Assembly (NCBI GenBank): GCA_951406725.2
Contig: OX597824.1
Span: 16,678,001 to 16,742,000, forward strand
DNA length: 64,000 nucleotides
From: Octopus vulgaris
Taxonomy: Eukaryota
Reading direction: 5' to 3'
Shown here in pieces: positions 27,505 through 41,044 of this stretch. The position numbers and the translations under genes are program-made. Position 1 is the first letter of the stretch. Every line of letters starts with the position of its first letter. A model generated the notes under the pieces. It was not told where the DNA came from. It saw only the letters and a list, made by a program, of their open reading frames with translations, and ran no database searches.

Positions 27505-27669
27505 TCAGTTAATTATGATTTTATTCAGCATATTCCTCTCTCAGATTCACACACTTATTGCAGTGGTCCTTCAGTTTTCTAGCCCTGTAAAAGAATTCAG
27601 AAGGTTTGGCTTCTAACAAGACCTTTCGCAATACCCTTAAAACCAAGAACTTTTCAGTACATCTCGTAA
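27505..27669 (-). mobile_element. Internally deleted mariner derivative
   Basis: TIR-like TACGAGATGTACTGAAAAGTTC and mariner C-terminus KLKDHCNKCVNLREEYAE*. Confidence 0.6.
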
Positions 27670-27701
27670 TACATACAAACATATATACATACATACATAC
27701 A

Positions 27702-27735
<34 letters not shown>

Positions 27736-28883
27736 CATACATACACAGATATTTATTTACACACACTAATTCACACACATATATGTATATATGCATAATT
27801 ACTTCAAGCCGGAATATATAATTTTGTATATATACCAAAGAATTGTAATTTCCCAAAGAATAGGTTTCCCTGTTCATGATGTGTAGTTTATTTTTTTAAG
27901 GGAGTTTTCATTTCCGTGCTTCGTTGTTTAATTTAGGAATTTCTTTATTTAGAAGCTTTTGGCTTTATCACGGTCGTACAGTTTTCATATAGTAACTTAA
28001 AATTTACAAGACTTCTTCTGCACTCATCACACACTTTGCATGTATGTATGTATGTATGTATGTATGTATGTATGTATGTATGTATGTATGTATGTATGTA
28101 TGTATGTATGTACGTACGTATGCAAGTATGTATGTATGTATGTATGTACGTATGTCATTGTTCAGTTTTGTTTCAATTTTTCTTGCCGATAGAGAAAGAA
28201 CTGGTTTCTAACCCAGATCCAAGGCTCCTTCATTGGAATTTCAGCATCAACAGGTATTTTTGTTTGTATGTATGTATGTATGCATGTATGTATGTATGAG
28301 GTATGTGTGTGTGAGTCTTTGTGCATGCGTTTGTCCCCCAATACCACCTGGCAACCGGTGTTGCTTTGCTTACGTCTCCGTAGCGGCGAAGAGAGCGATA
28401 GAATATGCATAGAAACATGCATACATGTGTATGTGTGTGTATATTTATGCCTAGATATATGTATGTATATGCATGGGAATTGTGTGTGTGTGTGTGTGTG
28501 TGTCTGTGTGCGCGCGCATATAACCTCGAACAAGCACCAATACCGCAGTTAAGCATCTAGTTCAAAACCACTCCTATAATATACAAATTTCCCTGACTCG
28601 GTTACTTGACAAGTTAGAAGTAGCAGCTGAATTCGTTCAAATTAGATATTGCGCCTCTAAATATGGTTGAACAAATTGGACAATATAATCACAGACACAG
28701 ACAAACAGGAACTGTTCAAAGCTACAATGCATTAGATCAGTTCATTTCAAATCACTTTTTCCATGGGTCTAAATAATGATTAATATGTGTCATTGTCAAG
28801 GGTGATGTGACAAGTTTGTACAATCTAGAATTAGAGACATTTCCCAAACAGAATTGCATCGCTGCCGAGACTTCTCTACAAAA

Positions 28884-29470
28884 AAGGTGGCGAGGTGGCA
28901 GGAACGTTAGCACGCAGGACGAAATGTTTAGCGGTATTTCGTCTGCCGTTACGTTCTGAGTTCAAATTCCGCCGATGTCGACTTTACCTTTCATCCTTTC
29001 GGGGTCGATAAATTAAGTACCAGTTATGCACTGGGGTCGATGTAATCGACTTAATCCATTTGTCTATCCTTGTTCGTCCCCTCTGTGTTTAGCCCCTTCT
29101 GGGTTATAAAGAAATAGGTATTTCGTCTGCCGCTACGTTCTGGGTTCAAATTCCGCCGAGGTCGACTTTACCTTTCATCCTTTCGGGGTCGATTATATAA
29201 GTAACAGTTACGCACTGGGGTCGATATAATCGACTTAATCCGTTTGTCTGTCCCTGTTTGTCCTCTCTGTGGATAGTAAAGAAATAGGTATTTCGTCTGT
29301 TTTAAGTTCTGTGTTCAAATTCCGCCGAGGTCCACTTTGCCTTTCAACCTTCAGGGGTCGATAAATTAAGTACCAGTTACGCACTGGGGTCGATGTAATC
29401 GATCTAATCCCTTTGTCTGTCCTTGTTTGTCCCCTCTATGTTTAGCCCCTTGTGGGTAGTAAAGAAATAA
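28884..29470 (+). mobile_element. SINE family B trimer
   Basis: Units start at 28934, 29118 and 29288. Confidence 0.9.
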
Positions 29471-29651
29471 GAAATTACTCTTCTCTAAATGATCCGCAGA
29501 GTTGATCCTAACGAATTTCCTTTACACCCAATCGAAGACGTTTTGGAAATCCTGATGGAGACCGGCCTCATAGAGAAGAGGCATGCTAGTTGGTGTGATA
29601 GTTCCGAGACATTTAGCGTTCACTTATCTATACAAACGCGTTCATAATCAA

Positions 29652-29689
<38 letters not shown>

Positions 29690-29793
29690 TAAAAGTTGCG
29701 CCCAAGTAGATACACTCACTGACCAGGTTTCAAATATGGAATCACTCATCACTACAGTATAAATATTAACAATTACTTGCAAGTAAAAACACT

Positions 29794-29887
<94 letters not shown>

Positions 29888-29915
29888 TATATTTATATAT
29901 ACATATATATGTACA

Positions 29916-29953
<38 letters not shown>

Positions 29954-30157
29954 AATATATGTACATTAATATATACACACATATATACAAATATATATAC
30001 GTATATGCATACCTGTATGTGTATATGTTTATATGTAAATGAAAACGGAGTACATATAGGCACGTACCTGCCTGTAGCAAGCGAATGTATACAATCTATT
30101 TCCACAAATATCCAATCAGCCATCAATGCACACATCCATAATCCTATGTGCGTGTGA

Positions 30158-30202
<45 letters not shown>

Positions 30203-30291
30203 AATATATACACATTCATATATATATTATATATATTATAATATCATATATATAATATATATGTATATATATATATATATATACATATGTG

Positions 30292-30399
<108 letters not shown>

Positions 30400-30661
30400 T
30401 GCAGATGAAAAAGTCGAGCACATACAACCGATAGTAACAACAGGAAAATAAATATGTATAGCATCCGAAAATCAGATTGTCTATTCGTCCAATTCTATTT
30501 CTCCTGAATAAATAGACAAAATACAACAGACGGGCACAAACGCATACAAATACATGCATAGACACAATCTCAAGTATATACATGGAAACATAGGCACAGA
30601 TATACACATACGTAATGTTTCTACATATATATATGTACATACATACATATATATATATATA

Positions 30662-30707
<46 letters not shown>

Positions 30708-30713
30708 TATATA

Positions 30714-30763
<50 letters not shown>

Positions 30764-31000
30764 CACATAGGCAATGCTATGCACATATGTATGTGTATAA
30801 GTATAAATATATAAATGATACATACATATGTAAAACAAACTTGCATACAAAATTATATATAGGTGTATATTCATACACACACATACGCACAAACACATTT
30901 GTCTATGCATACATGTAGATACACATGCATATTTCTATGCACATATATAAAAATACATATATATATATATATACACACATATATATATATATACACACAT

Positions 31001-31037
<37 letters not shown>

Positions 31038-31122
31038 CAGAGATATATATGTATATATATATAAATATATGTATATAAACACACACATATATATACATAT
31101 ATATATACATATATATACATAA

Positions 31123-31167
<45 letters not shown>

Positions 31168-31527
31168 TACATATTTGCATTCTTGAACGCTTGAAACCGT
31201 TAGGTGTTGTCACTGATTTAATTTTCCTAAGCCACATTCTGACCGTTGTCAAACATTGCAGCTCTATGTGGATTACCCCTCTGTTTGACCATTCTGGCAG
31301 CTATAGACGGCACCATTTGTTATATTTTTTTTCTATTTCTCCTTATTATTTTAGGCTTCTTTCTTTTCTTTTTTTTGTTTTTTTTTTGCAATGCATATAT
31401 GAAATCAAATATTTCCTTAATCAATCCTGTAGGAGAAAAAAAAAAATAATAAAATAAACGGAATTCTGCCAGAGACAATTATATAGGAATCTAAAGTCTG
31501 CACATGAATGGATTCACACATATTGGT

Positions 31528-31559
<32 letters not shown>

Positions 31560-31661
31560 ACACACATACACACGCAGACATATACACATACATGTACGAG
31601 CAGACAATCATTAATATATAAATATATGTTTGTGTATTTATATATTAAAAATGTATTTATG

Positions 31662-31706
<45 letters not shown>

Positions 31707-31926
31707 TAAAATATATACATGTATATATGAGCGTGTGTGTGTGTGTGTGTGTGTATAAATACATACGCCTTTCTGCGGTTTATATTGTTCCAGGCATGTA
31801 CATGTGTGTGCGTATATATATGAATATGTATATCTATAGCTATATAATATATATATATATATACATAAGTATGTATATAGACTGAGAGAGAGAGAGAGAG
31901 AGTTAGAGAGATAATACATACATAAG

Positions 31927-31965
<39 letters not shown>

Positions 31966-32204
31966 ACACACGCACGCTCATATATATGAACGTGGAATAC
32001 GGACATGTTGATGATGAGATACACACATAGATAGTTAGATAGATAGGTAAATATATAGAGAAATAGTCAGATAGATGTTCGTACATATCTGCAATCATGT
32101 ATGTATGTCTGTCTGTATGCATGTATGTATGTAAGTATATGTGTATGTATGTATGTATGTACAAGTGTATGAGATCTCTATGTGAGTGCGTATATGGATA
32201 TATA

Positions 32205-33307
32205 CGAGGGACGTTCAGTAAGTAATGCCTCTGACCCACTTGCTGTTGTTTGATCTAGCTGACATTTTGCATGTGCAATCATCTATATCTCTATAAAGTA
32301 AGTGGCAAATTACAGCTCTGAATTAATTGTGGTTTTTGATTTGCAGGTGTTTGAACCGAGTCAAGTGTGAAATGGAGTCTGTTGAGTGTCGAGCAGTGAT
32401 CCGGTTTTCGTATTTGAAAGGACGCACACCACGGGAGACTTTTGATGAAATGAAAGTAACTTATGGTGATGATGCCCCATCATATGACCTTGTTAAACGC
32501 TGGCATCGTGAATTCAAACATGGTCGGAACTCTGTGGAAACAGCTCACAGATCTGGTCGCCCCCTTCTGCCATTGATGAGGCATCTGACCGTCAAGTTGA
32601 GGCTGCCATTTTGGAAGATCGACGCATAACTATTCGCCAAATAGCCCATGAGGTCAAGATTAGTACCGGGTCTGTGGAAACTATCATTCATGACCATTTG
32701 CATATGCAAAAGGTGTCTGCCAGATGGATTCCCAGGCTGCTCACGCCTTTCCAGAAGCAAGAACGCGTCGAGTGCTCGAGGGTGAATTTGGAGATGTGCC
32801 AAGAAGATGAGTCAAAATTTTTCAAAAGACTGATTACACAGGATGAAACCTGGGTCCATCACGATGATCCAGAGACCAAAGCCCAGTCAATTCAGTGGAA
32901 GCACCGTGACTCACCCCCTCCAAAGAAGGCAAGGGTGCAGCCCTCCGCTGGCAAGGTCATGCTCACAGTCTTCTTGTCGCCAGATCAGAAGCACAGGCGT
33001 ATGGCTATGAACTCCTCCTCATCCCCCCTACTTTCCTGACCTTGCACCCTCTGATTTTCACCTCTTCCCAATCATGAAGTTGTTTTTGAAAGGAAAGCAT
33101 TTCCCAGATGATGTAGCCTTGATTTCTGAAGTCACGTTGAGGTTGGAGGACCAAGCTGGGTTCTTCTACAAAAACGGTCTCCAGAGCCGCATCAAACGAT
33201 GGGAGAAATGCGTAACTCTGGGTGGTTCCTATGTAATAACTGCCAAGTTTCGTTGCTCTACTGCTATGGAAAGTGGGTCAGGGGCATTACTTATTGAACG
33301 CCCCTCG
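32205..33307 (+). mobile_element. Mariner transposon (irritans/Hsmar2-like), both TIRs present, transposase inactivated
   Basis: TIRs CGAGGGACGTTCAGTAAGTAATGCC / GGCATTACTTATTGAACGCCCCTCG, TA flanks; motifs WIPRLL, TQDETW, YFPDLAPSDF; frameshifts and an internal deletion near 32975. Confidence 0.93.
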
Positions 33308-33806
33308 TATGTAGTTGCTGTATATACATCTGTGAGTAAATACGATAATGCTAATCTACATATGGTACATATGAATACGCAGCAACTGAATGAATACAGA
33401 ACAAAAAATAATAATAAAAAGATGGAGAGATCTTTGATCAATGAGAAGACATATATACACTTCTACACGAGTTGGTGTATATACGTATGCAGCTTGTTAC
33501 ACATAAATAAACACGCATATCGATAGATACATATTGATTGATTCATGGAGAGTTATAGATGTATATGTATGTGTCTCTGTGTACATACACATGTGCGTGT
33601 ACATATACATACATTTATATATGTGTATATATATGTATATATATATACACATACATATATATATGCGTATATATATAAATTTAAATTTAAAATAATGAGG
33701 GTGAAAAATCGAATATTAATTTGATTAATACTAATTTAAAACCAGTGGTCTAGCAGAAAAATTATATTATATACATAGAAGGGTGTTGACCACTAAGTGG
33801 ACATCC

Positions 33807-33836
33807 ATTATGCTAGAAGTCGACTTCTAGCATAAT
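33807..33836. repeat. Perfect 30-bp palindrome with imperfect extended arms (~33786-33858)
   Basis: ATTATGCTAGAAGTC|GACTTCTAGCATAAT. Confidence 0.9.
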
Positions 33837-33976
33837 AGATGACTACCTTGTGGTCATCCAACTTATAAGTATGTTATATATATATATATATATATAAAGG
33901 GTGCCGGGTCATTCGAAGTTTTGTGGTAGACAGCATTTATTGCGCTACGAATTTTATCATAGTGGCCTTGCAAGAA

Positions 33977-34019
<43 letters not shown>

Positions 34020-34020
34020 G

Positions 34021-34985
34021 GGCACAGAAGTGCACCTACCTGCTAGAAATAAAAGTTAAAATGTTCATTTAAAATCACCAATAATAACACTGAAAATTAC
34101 GACAGAAAATCCACCGTTGTCGGGCGAACGGGCCGAAGAAATATCTTTCTCATACCTATATAACCCAATGCCATATATTGTTTAGTTTTTGGATACATGC
34201 GGACCGGTTTCTGGTTTGATACACAGTCTTACCTTCAACAGCACGTATTACCGGACGAAGAAAAAAAAGTTTACTCAACCCCTCACGTTGAAGTCTGCTG
34301 GCGTTCTGAATTGTTTCGGTGTAAAAGTACAAATAAATAGCAAATCTCCAGGAGTGAATATTTATATAGATATTATTATTGTTATTATTATCCTGGGTAA
34401 TAGAACAGCAACAATGTAAGTGAATGCAGGCCTAAAATAGCATTATATAGCTATAGAATTGAAATTTATATCAATCCTAATGGCACACAATTGCGCCTGC
34501 CTGCTAGAAATAAAAGTTAAAACCCTCATTTAAATCACCAATGATAACACTGAAAATTACGACAGTTGTCAGGCGAACGGGTAAAAACATATTTCCATAC
34601 CTATATAGCCCAATGCTATGTATTTCTCAGTATTTGCAAACACGCGGACCGGTTTCTGGCTTGACATACAGTCTTGCCTTCATCACTATTTGTATTACTC
34701 CCGATAACAATAACAGTATTAATATCTATGTAAATATTCACTCCTGAATATTTGCTCCTTATTGGTATTTTGACACAGGCTGTTCTGATTTTGGGACAAA
34801 ATTATTCAGAACGTCAACAGACTTCAACGTGGCGGGTTGAAAAATTTTTTCATCCTGTCATACGTGCTGTATGTCAAACCTGAAAAAGGTATATCAAAAC
34901 CAACAAAAATATAGCATTGTGCTGTATAGGTATGAGGAATAAAATTTTTGGCCTGTTCGTCCCACTACGGTTGATTTTCTGTTGA
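34021..34985. repeat. Direct plus inverted triplication of a ~400-bp unit
   Basis: 34021-34410 repeated directly at 34482-34690 and inverted at 34690-34985 (e.g. CACGTTGAAGTCTG vs CAGACTTCAACGTG). Confidence 0.85.
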
Positions 34986-35164
34986 AGAGAGGTAACATTG
35001 AAACCCTAAGGTCCACAGATACTGGTTTGTGCTAACCACCCTAGTTCAAAGATAAAAAGACACAGACTGTTTGTTGTTTAGCCAGAGGGAGTCGATATCT
35101 CCTGGGGCTAAACAATACTAGCATTGGTCCAACCGGGATAGCCGGGCCGGTCTTGTTACATCCT

Positions 35165-35308
35165 GTTCAACGCTGAAATTTCCAGTGAACTACGTTAAGG
35201 ATACGCGTATCTGTCGAGTGCTCAACCACTTGCAAATTATTTTCACGAGCAGTCTGCCCCGTCGATCCGATCAACTGGAACCCTCGTCGTCGTAGCCGAC
35301 GGAGTGGT
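35165..35308 (+). mobile_element. 3' part of SINE family C
   Basis: Matches 4625-4760 (GAACTACGTTAAGG...CCCTCGTCGTCGTA). Confidence 0.75.
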
Positions 35309-35422
35309 AATATATCTATATATGACAGCATGTTCTTTGTCTTTCTCCTTAAGTTCTTGGAGATTTTAGGTATAATTATACTGTGTCCATTTGTTCTAAT
35401 TGAAGTAAATTCAATGACTTTG

Positions 35423-35509
35423 TGCAGCTGATGATTGCTCTACATTTTAAATTGATGTAATGATTGCATTGTTCAATTAAATGGGGTTGCATGAAACGAT
35501 CGTACTGCA
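35423..35509 (+). ncRNA. Type I hammerhead ribozyme motif
   Basis: TGCAG-CTGATGA-(58 nt, TTGC..GCAT)-GAAAC-GATC-GTA-CTGCA. Confidence 0.85.
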
Positions 35510-35556
35510 TTACATCTGGATATCCTTGTTGCTTATTTTGATATATATGTATGTAA

Positions 35557-35620
<64 letters not shown>

Positions 35621-37013
35621 GTGTGTGTGTGTATGTATGTATGTAAGTATAATGGAGAAATAGTACAACATGTATAAATAGGTGATGAATAAAACACCGG
35701 CGCAGTTTTGATTACCTGTAATTATCCGTAGATTTATTGCAGGAACTTCGTAGTGGCGGTTGGGGTAACAGTCTTAATAAAATGTTTCGACTCGTTCGGG
35801 CCTCTTCGGGTACATCATTAAAGTCTCACTAGAGATTTCTTGAGTCGGCTTACGTACCGCTATATGTCCATCAAATTCGAGAATGAATAATAACAGAGAA
35901 AAATTACTGAAACGCAAAATATTCAAATATGAACGTGGAAAGTATACACTCTAGTTTAGAGAAAATTACGGAATGAACTTTCGCTCTGTGTGTGCATGTG
36001 TATGCGTGTGTGTGGGTGCATGTGTGTGTGTGTGTCTGTGTGTGGGATTGTAAGCATACATATACATGTGTAGTCCTTCAAAGATCTTTCAGATGTATTT
36101 CACTGCATAACTTTCCCACCTTCGTCGTAGTGAGAAGAGTCGTAAATTTTTCAGCCTTTCCCAGTAACCGAACCATAATTTATTATAAAGTATATTATAC
36201 GCTTTATAAGTCAATAATGTGCCTTACCGTGTTACCACTGCTATTAGATCACTTGTTAAGTTTATCTTTACTGATATTCAGTTGGTATTAAAGCCAGTAT
36301 TGAATTCCTGCGACGTTTCGTATCCATTTACGTCTAATGTAAACAACAACGCGATCGACAACGGAAAACTTCTCCTCTTCCAACACCACATCCAAGCCAA
36401 TAACCACCCAAGATCTTATTGCTTAAACAACCACTAAATATAGCAGCGTAACATTATTGGTTATACCAATTTATCATTTTGAACAGAGCTTCGTACTCAT
36501 GTGCAGCATTGGGTCGAATGTGCTGAACATATTCTCTTCATCAAAGGAAGGAGCTTTTCTGCTTTGACGTACACAACAACGACGATCATATTTTGCATTT
36601 TGCGTCTGGACCTGCCCAGGTGAAGTAAGTATTATATGCAAAGTAGTCGTTCCAGATCTTGTTGCAATCAGTGCAAATAACGATTTTAATTCGTGAAAAT
36701 ATATTGGTGTGTTTATTCTTAAGGCAAGTTTAATATATGTAACGCTGCTGCGAAGGAGAGAAGGAAAACAATAATGGTGATATGTTATTTCAAGTCTTTT
36801 GCATAAGAAATTTACTAGTGTATACGTTTGTGTGTGTTTTGAAGCTAAGAGAGGTATTGTAGTTGAAGAAAAAACATATCATTTTCATCTTGTCAGGATC
36901 TGGTGAAGGCTCATATTCAGCTCCCAAGTTTTGAGTAATTCTTCCAAATGTAAAAGCCCATGGTAGGAGTAAATGTATATAGCTTCGTGTCGCTTACATA
37001 CATATGTATATGA

Positions 37014-37055
<42 letters not shown>

Positions 37056-37882
37056 GAGTGAGTGTGTGTGTGTGTGTGCGTGCGTCTATATATCTGTATA
37101 TATATATATATATATATAAAATGTATATGTATATGTATATGCATATATGTATATACATGTGTGTATGTATGTTTACGTAGATATATTTTTAGAGTCGGAA
37201 ACACGCATACATATATGTAAATCTATCTCTCTCACTTTCTCGCTCAACCACTTATCGTCTCTGTATATGTGTGTGGGTGCGTATATAAACATGATATATA
37301 TATATGTATATATATCTATATATGTGTATGTGTGTGTGTGTATGTATTCATATATGCATACATAAGTATATACATCACGCACACATATACATGCATATGT
37401 ATATATATATGTATCCTAGTGAGTGGACCTGTGTATCTGCATGTGTGTATATGTATGTGAGTGTGTATATGTGTATGTGTTTGTGTGGGTCTATGTGTCT
37501 GTGTCTGTGTGTGGGGCTGTAATCATACATATACATATATAGGGAAGTACTTGAGCAAATATGGAGTGCAAACATAACGCCTGTCTAACATGAATGTTCA
37601 ATAACAGACGCCATTTTTCAAAGCGTGAGACAACCTTAGATTTATGTGATACTCCATTTTTTTTACCCTACTTTATTCATGTTTTTCTATAGTTTTATTT
37701 AACGTTTTCGATTTTGTATATTTATTCCTTTTTTTTTTTTTTTCAGAGATATGGCCTTATGTTATTCCGATATTTTTTTGTCTATTACGTGACATATACA
37801 AATATACACGTAGACACATACGCACTTAAAATATGTATGCATACACACACACGCACACCAACACTTACACTTATGTACATAT

Positions 37883-37939
<57 letters not shown>

Positions 37940-38050
37940 CATAAAAACATATAGATGCATGCACATACTCAGACACACAATAAGATATAGATAAACATAC
38001 ACAAACACCTATATATATATTTACACACTCACATACACATTATATATATA

Positions 38051-38177
<127 letters not shown>

Positions 38178-38865
38178 ATATATATATATTATATATACTT
38201 TCATATATAGAGGTAATCAGATATTATATACACAGACAATATTGATGCTTTTCTGTAGCTTCATGTATTTGTCTTAGCTTTCATTGTAAATTTTATCATT
38301 TTTTTATTTCCTGTTCTTTTACTATTTTTAGTCCTCCATTTTGGCGGATGTAAGGAAGAAAATAATTGACAAAGATTAATGAAAGAGAAATGGAAAATGA
38401 TGAAAAAAATATATTTAAAATAAAAAAAAATATATATATAGCAAAACCAAAAAAAAAAAGAACCAACAACCAGAGAGAAATGAATAAAAGATGGAAGAAA
38501 GAAAAATAAATAAACATTACAAATATTATACGTGACCAGTTTTGTTGTTGTCCATTTGTATAAACATTTCGACAACTTGCTGTCTGCTTCAGGTTTAGAT
38601 GAAGTTTCGAGATCCTTGGTTGTTTGTTGTTGTTATTGTTGTGTGTGTATATTTGTTTGCTTTGTATATTCGTGTAAACAGCGACGTACCCTCATACGAC
38701 ATTCGGACACAGTCAAATATATTTATATTTCACACAACTGTGCCATTGGTGATCTTGTGTTATTAGTTTTTTGTTGTTTTTTTTTTATTTTATTTCAATT
38801 CACATGCCTGTGGTAATATATTCACATAAAAAATTCATAAGGACGGAAACTAATGCTCTCGAGTA

Positions 38866-38917
<52 letters not shown>

Positions 38918-38978
38918 CATACATATATATACATATACATACATATAAATACATATACATACATATATATACATATAC

Positions 38979-39023
<45 letters not shown>

Positions 39024-39527
39024 TACATATACATATATATACATATATATAGATAAATAGATAGATATGTATATATATATATATATATACATAAATATCT
39101 CACAAAAATGTATGTACGCATATGTATATGTTTGTATTTATGTGCGTATATAAATATGTATACACACACATACAGACATATAGATAGATAGATAGATAGA
39201 TGCAAACATACATACATATACATATATATGTGTATGTATATATAGAATATATATACATGTATATTGTGTGTATATGTTTGCATGTTGATGTCTAAATGCA
39301 TATCTGCATATGTTTACTGCCAGGGATGCAGTAAGGTTACGCATATTTTACAACGCTTCTTGGCGACTATATATTCATATCACTACTTGTCAATAAATAT
39401 GAATATACATGTAAATATATATTTGCATGTCTGTTTGTGTGAAACCGTATGTGTGTATGAATGTAAATGTGCATGTGTAGATATCAGTATGTGTGTGAAT
39501 ATATGTGTGTGTATGAGCATGTCTGTA

Positions 39528-39618
<91 letters not shown>

Positions 39619-39650
39619 TATTTATATATTTATATATATATATATATATA

Positions 39651-39710
<60 letters not shown>

Positions 39711-40278
39711 TATATATATGTATGTATACATATAGATATGTATATATGTAGATATGTATATGCTTACTTATATATGTAGAGGGAGCGAGAGAGGGAATGA
39801 GTGTGTGTGTGTGAGTGTATGTGTTTGTGTGTGTGTGTGTGTAGTATGTGTGTACCTTCGAGTGTGCATACGCTTGTCATCTGATGTGATCAATGTAGCG
39901 CTGTACAGTTCGGTCCTGGTTTTTGAAACTCCCTTTTGGCTGAGCAAGGTTCAAGGATATATAAGAACAGAAGTGTAAGGGACACAGACATTGGAATGAA
40001 GTGCAAAGAGACGGCAAACAAAGAATTCAGAAATCTGTAAGAATAAAAAAAAAATGAAAGAAAGAAAACGTAGGAATTTAATGCCAAAAAAATACAGAAT
40101 CGCTAAATCTGTCTTCTGTAAGATCAAATCATTCTTGTGTAATAAATCACCCTATAAGGGACAATGTTGGAATACACACTTCTGTTTTACTTTAATCCCA
40201 TTTTCATTATCTATCTATCTATATATCTATCAATCTATCTATATCTATACATCTATACCTATATATATATTTCTTGCA

Positions 40279-40330
<52 letters not shown>

Positions 40331-40433
40331 TATATGTATATACATATCTATTCTATATAACTCGCATTTTGCATATATCACATATGGAGTTGTGCATATG
40401 TGTGTATGCACAGGCCTTTCTGTTCTTTGTGTG

Positions 40434-40470
<37 letters not shown>

Positions 40471-40834
40471 ATGTGTGTGTGTGTGTATGTGTGTGTGTGT
40501 GCGTGTGTTTGTGTGTGTGTGTGTTTGCGTGTATGTGTATGTAATTTTTTTCTATACATACCTCCTTGTTTAACTCGGAAACCATCTCCTAGAACTCTGG
40601 GCCCATGCACATATCTGGAAAAGTATTCATCCAGTTACAATGAAGTGTGTCTGCGTGTGCCCGCCCGCACGAACACACACAAACACATACACACATACAC
40701 ACATACAAACATACATACATACATCACACACACACGCACATATATAAGCACTCACACACACACACATATTTGAAGTTATATTTTTTTTGAAATTTTTTAC
40801 CCTCTTTTTTTAATATCAGAGGTGAATAAAAGAT

Positions 40835-41040
40835 GGAGGCGCTGGGCTAGCAGTGTCCTTAACATCCGGGCATTTCGTCGATATTCACGTTCTCAGTTCA
40901 AATTCCACCGCGGTTCACTTACCTCTCGTCCTTTCGGGGTTGATAAAATACGTACTAGTTTAGTTCGCTGGTCAATGTAATCGATCTGCCGACGTTCTCC
41001 AAATTGCTGGTCATGTTCAATACTTGAATCCAATATTATA
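40835..41040 (+). mobile_element. Diverged SINE family B
   Basis: AGTTCAAATTCCACCG...CCTTTCGGGGTTGATAAA. Confidence 0.7.
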
Positions 41041-41044
41041 AGAG

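Noticed and set aside
28884-29470. Regular repeats suggesting a CRISPR array
   Set aside because: Whole 184-bp units repeat with no unique spacers; eukaryotic SINE context and no cas genes
35781-35812. Minus-strand CCGAAGA-GGCCC..GAGTC-GAAACAT motif
   Set aside because: Several core and stem mismatches and no stem I; a possible relic but unsupported
38560-38598. Minus-strand CTGAAGCA-GACA..TGTC-GAAAT hammerhead-like motif
   Set aside because: Core mismatch and no room for stem III or a cleavage triplet if stem I is formed
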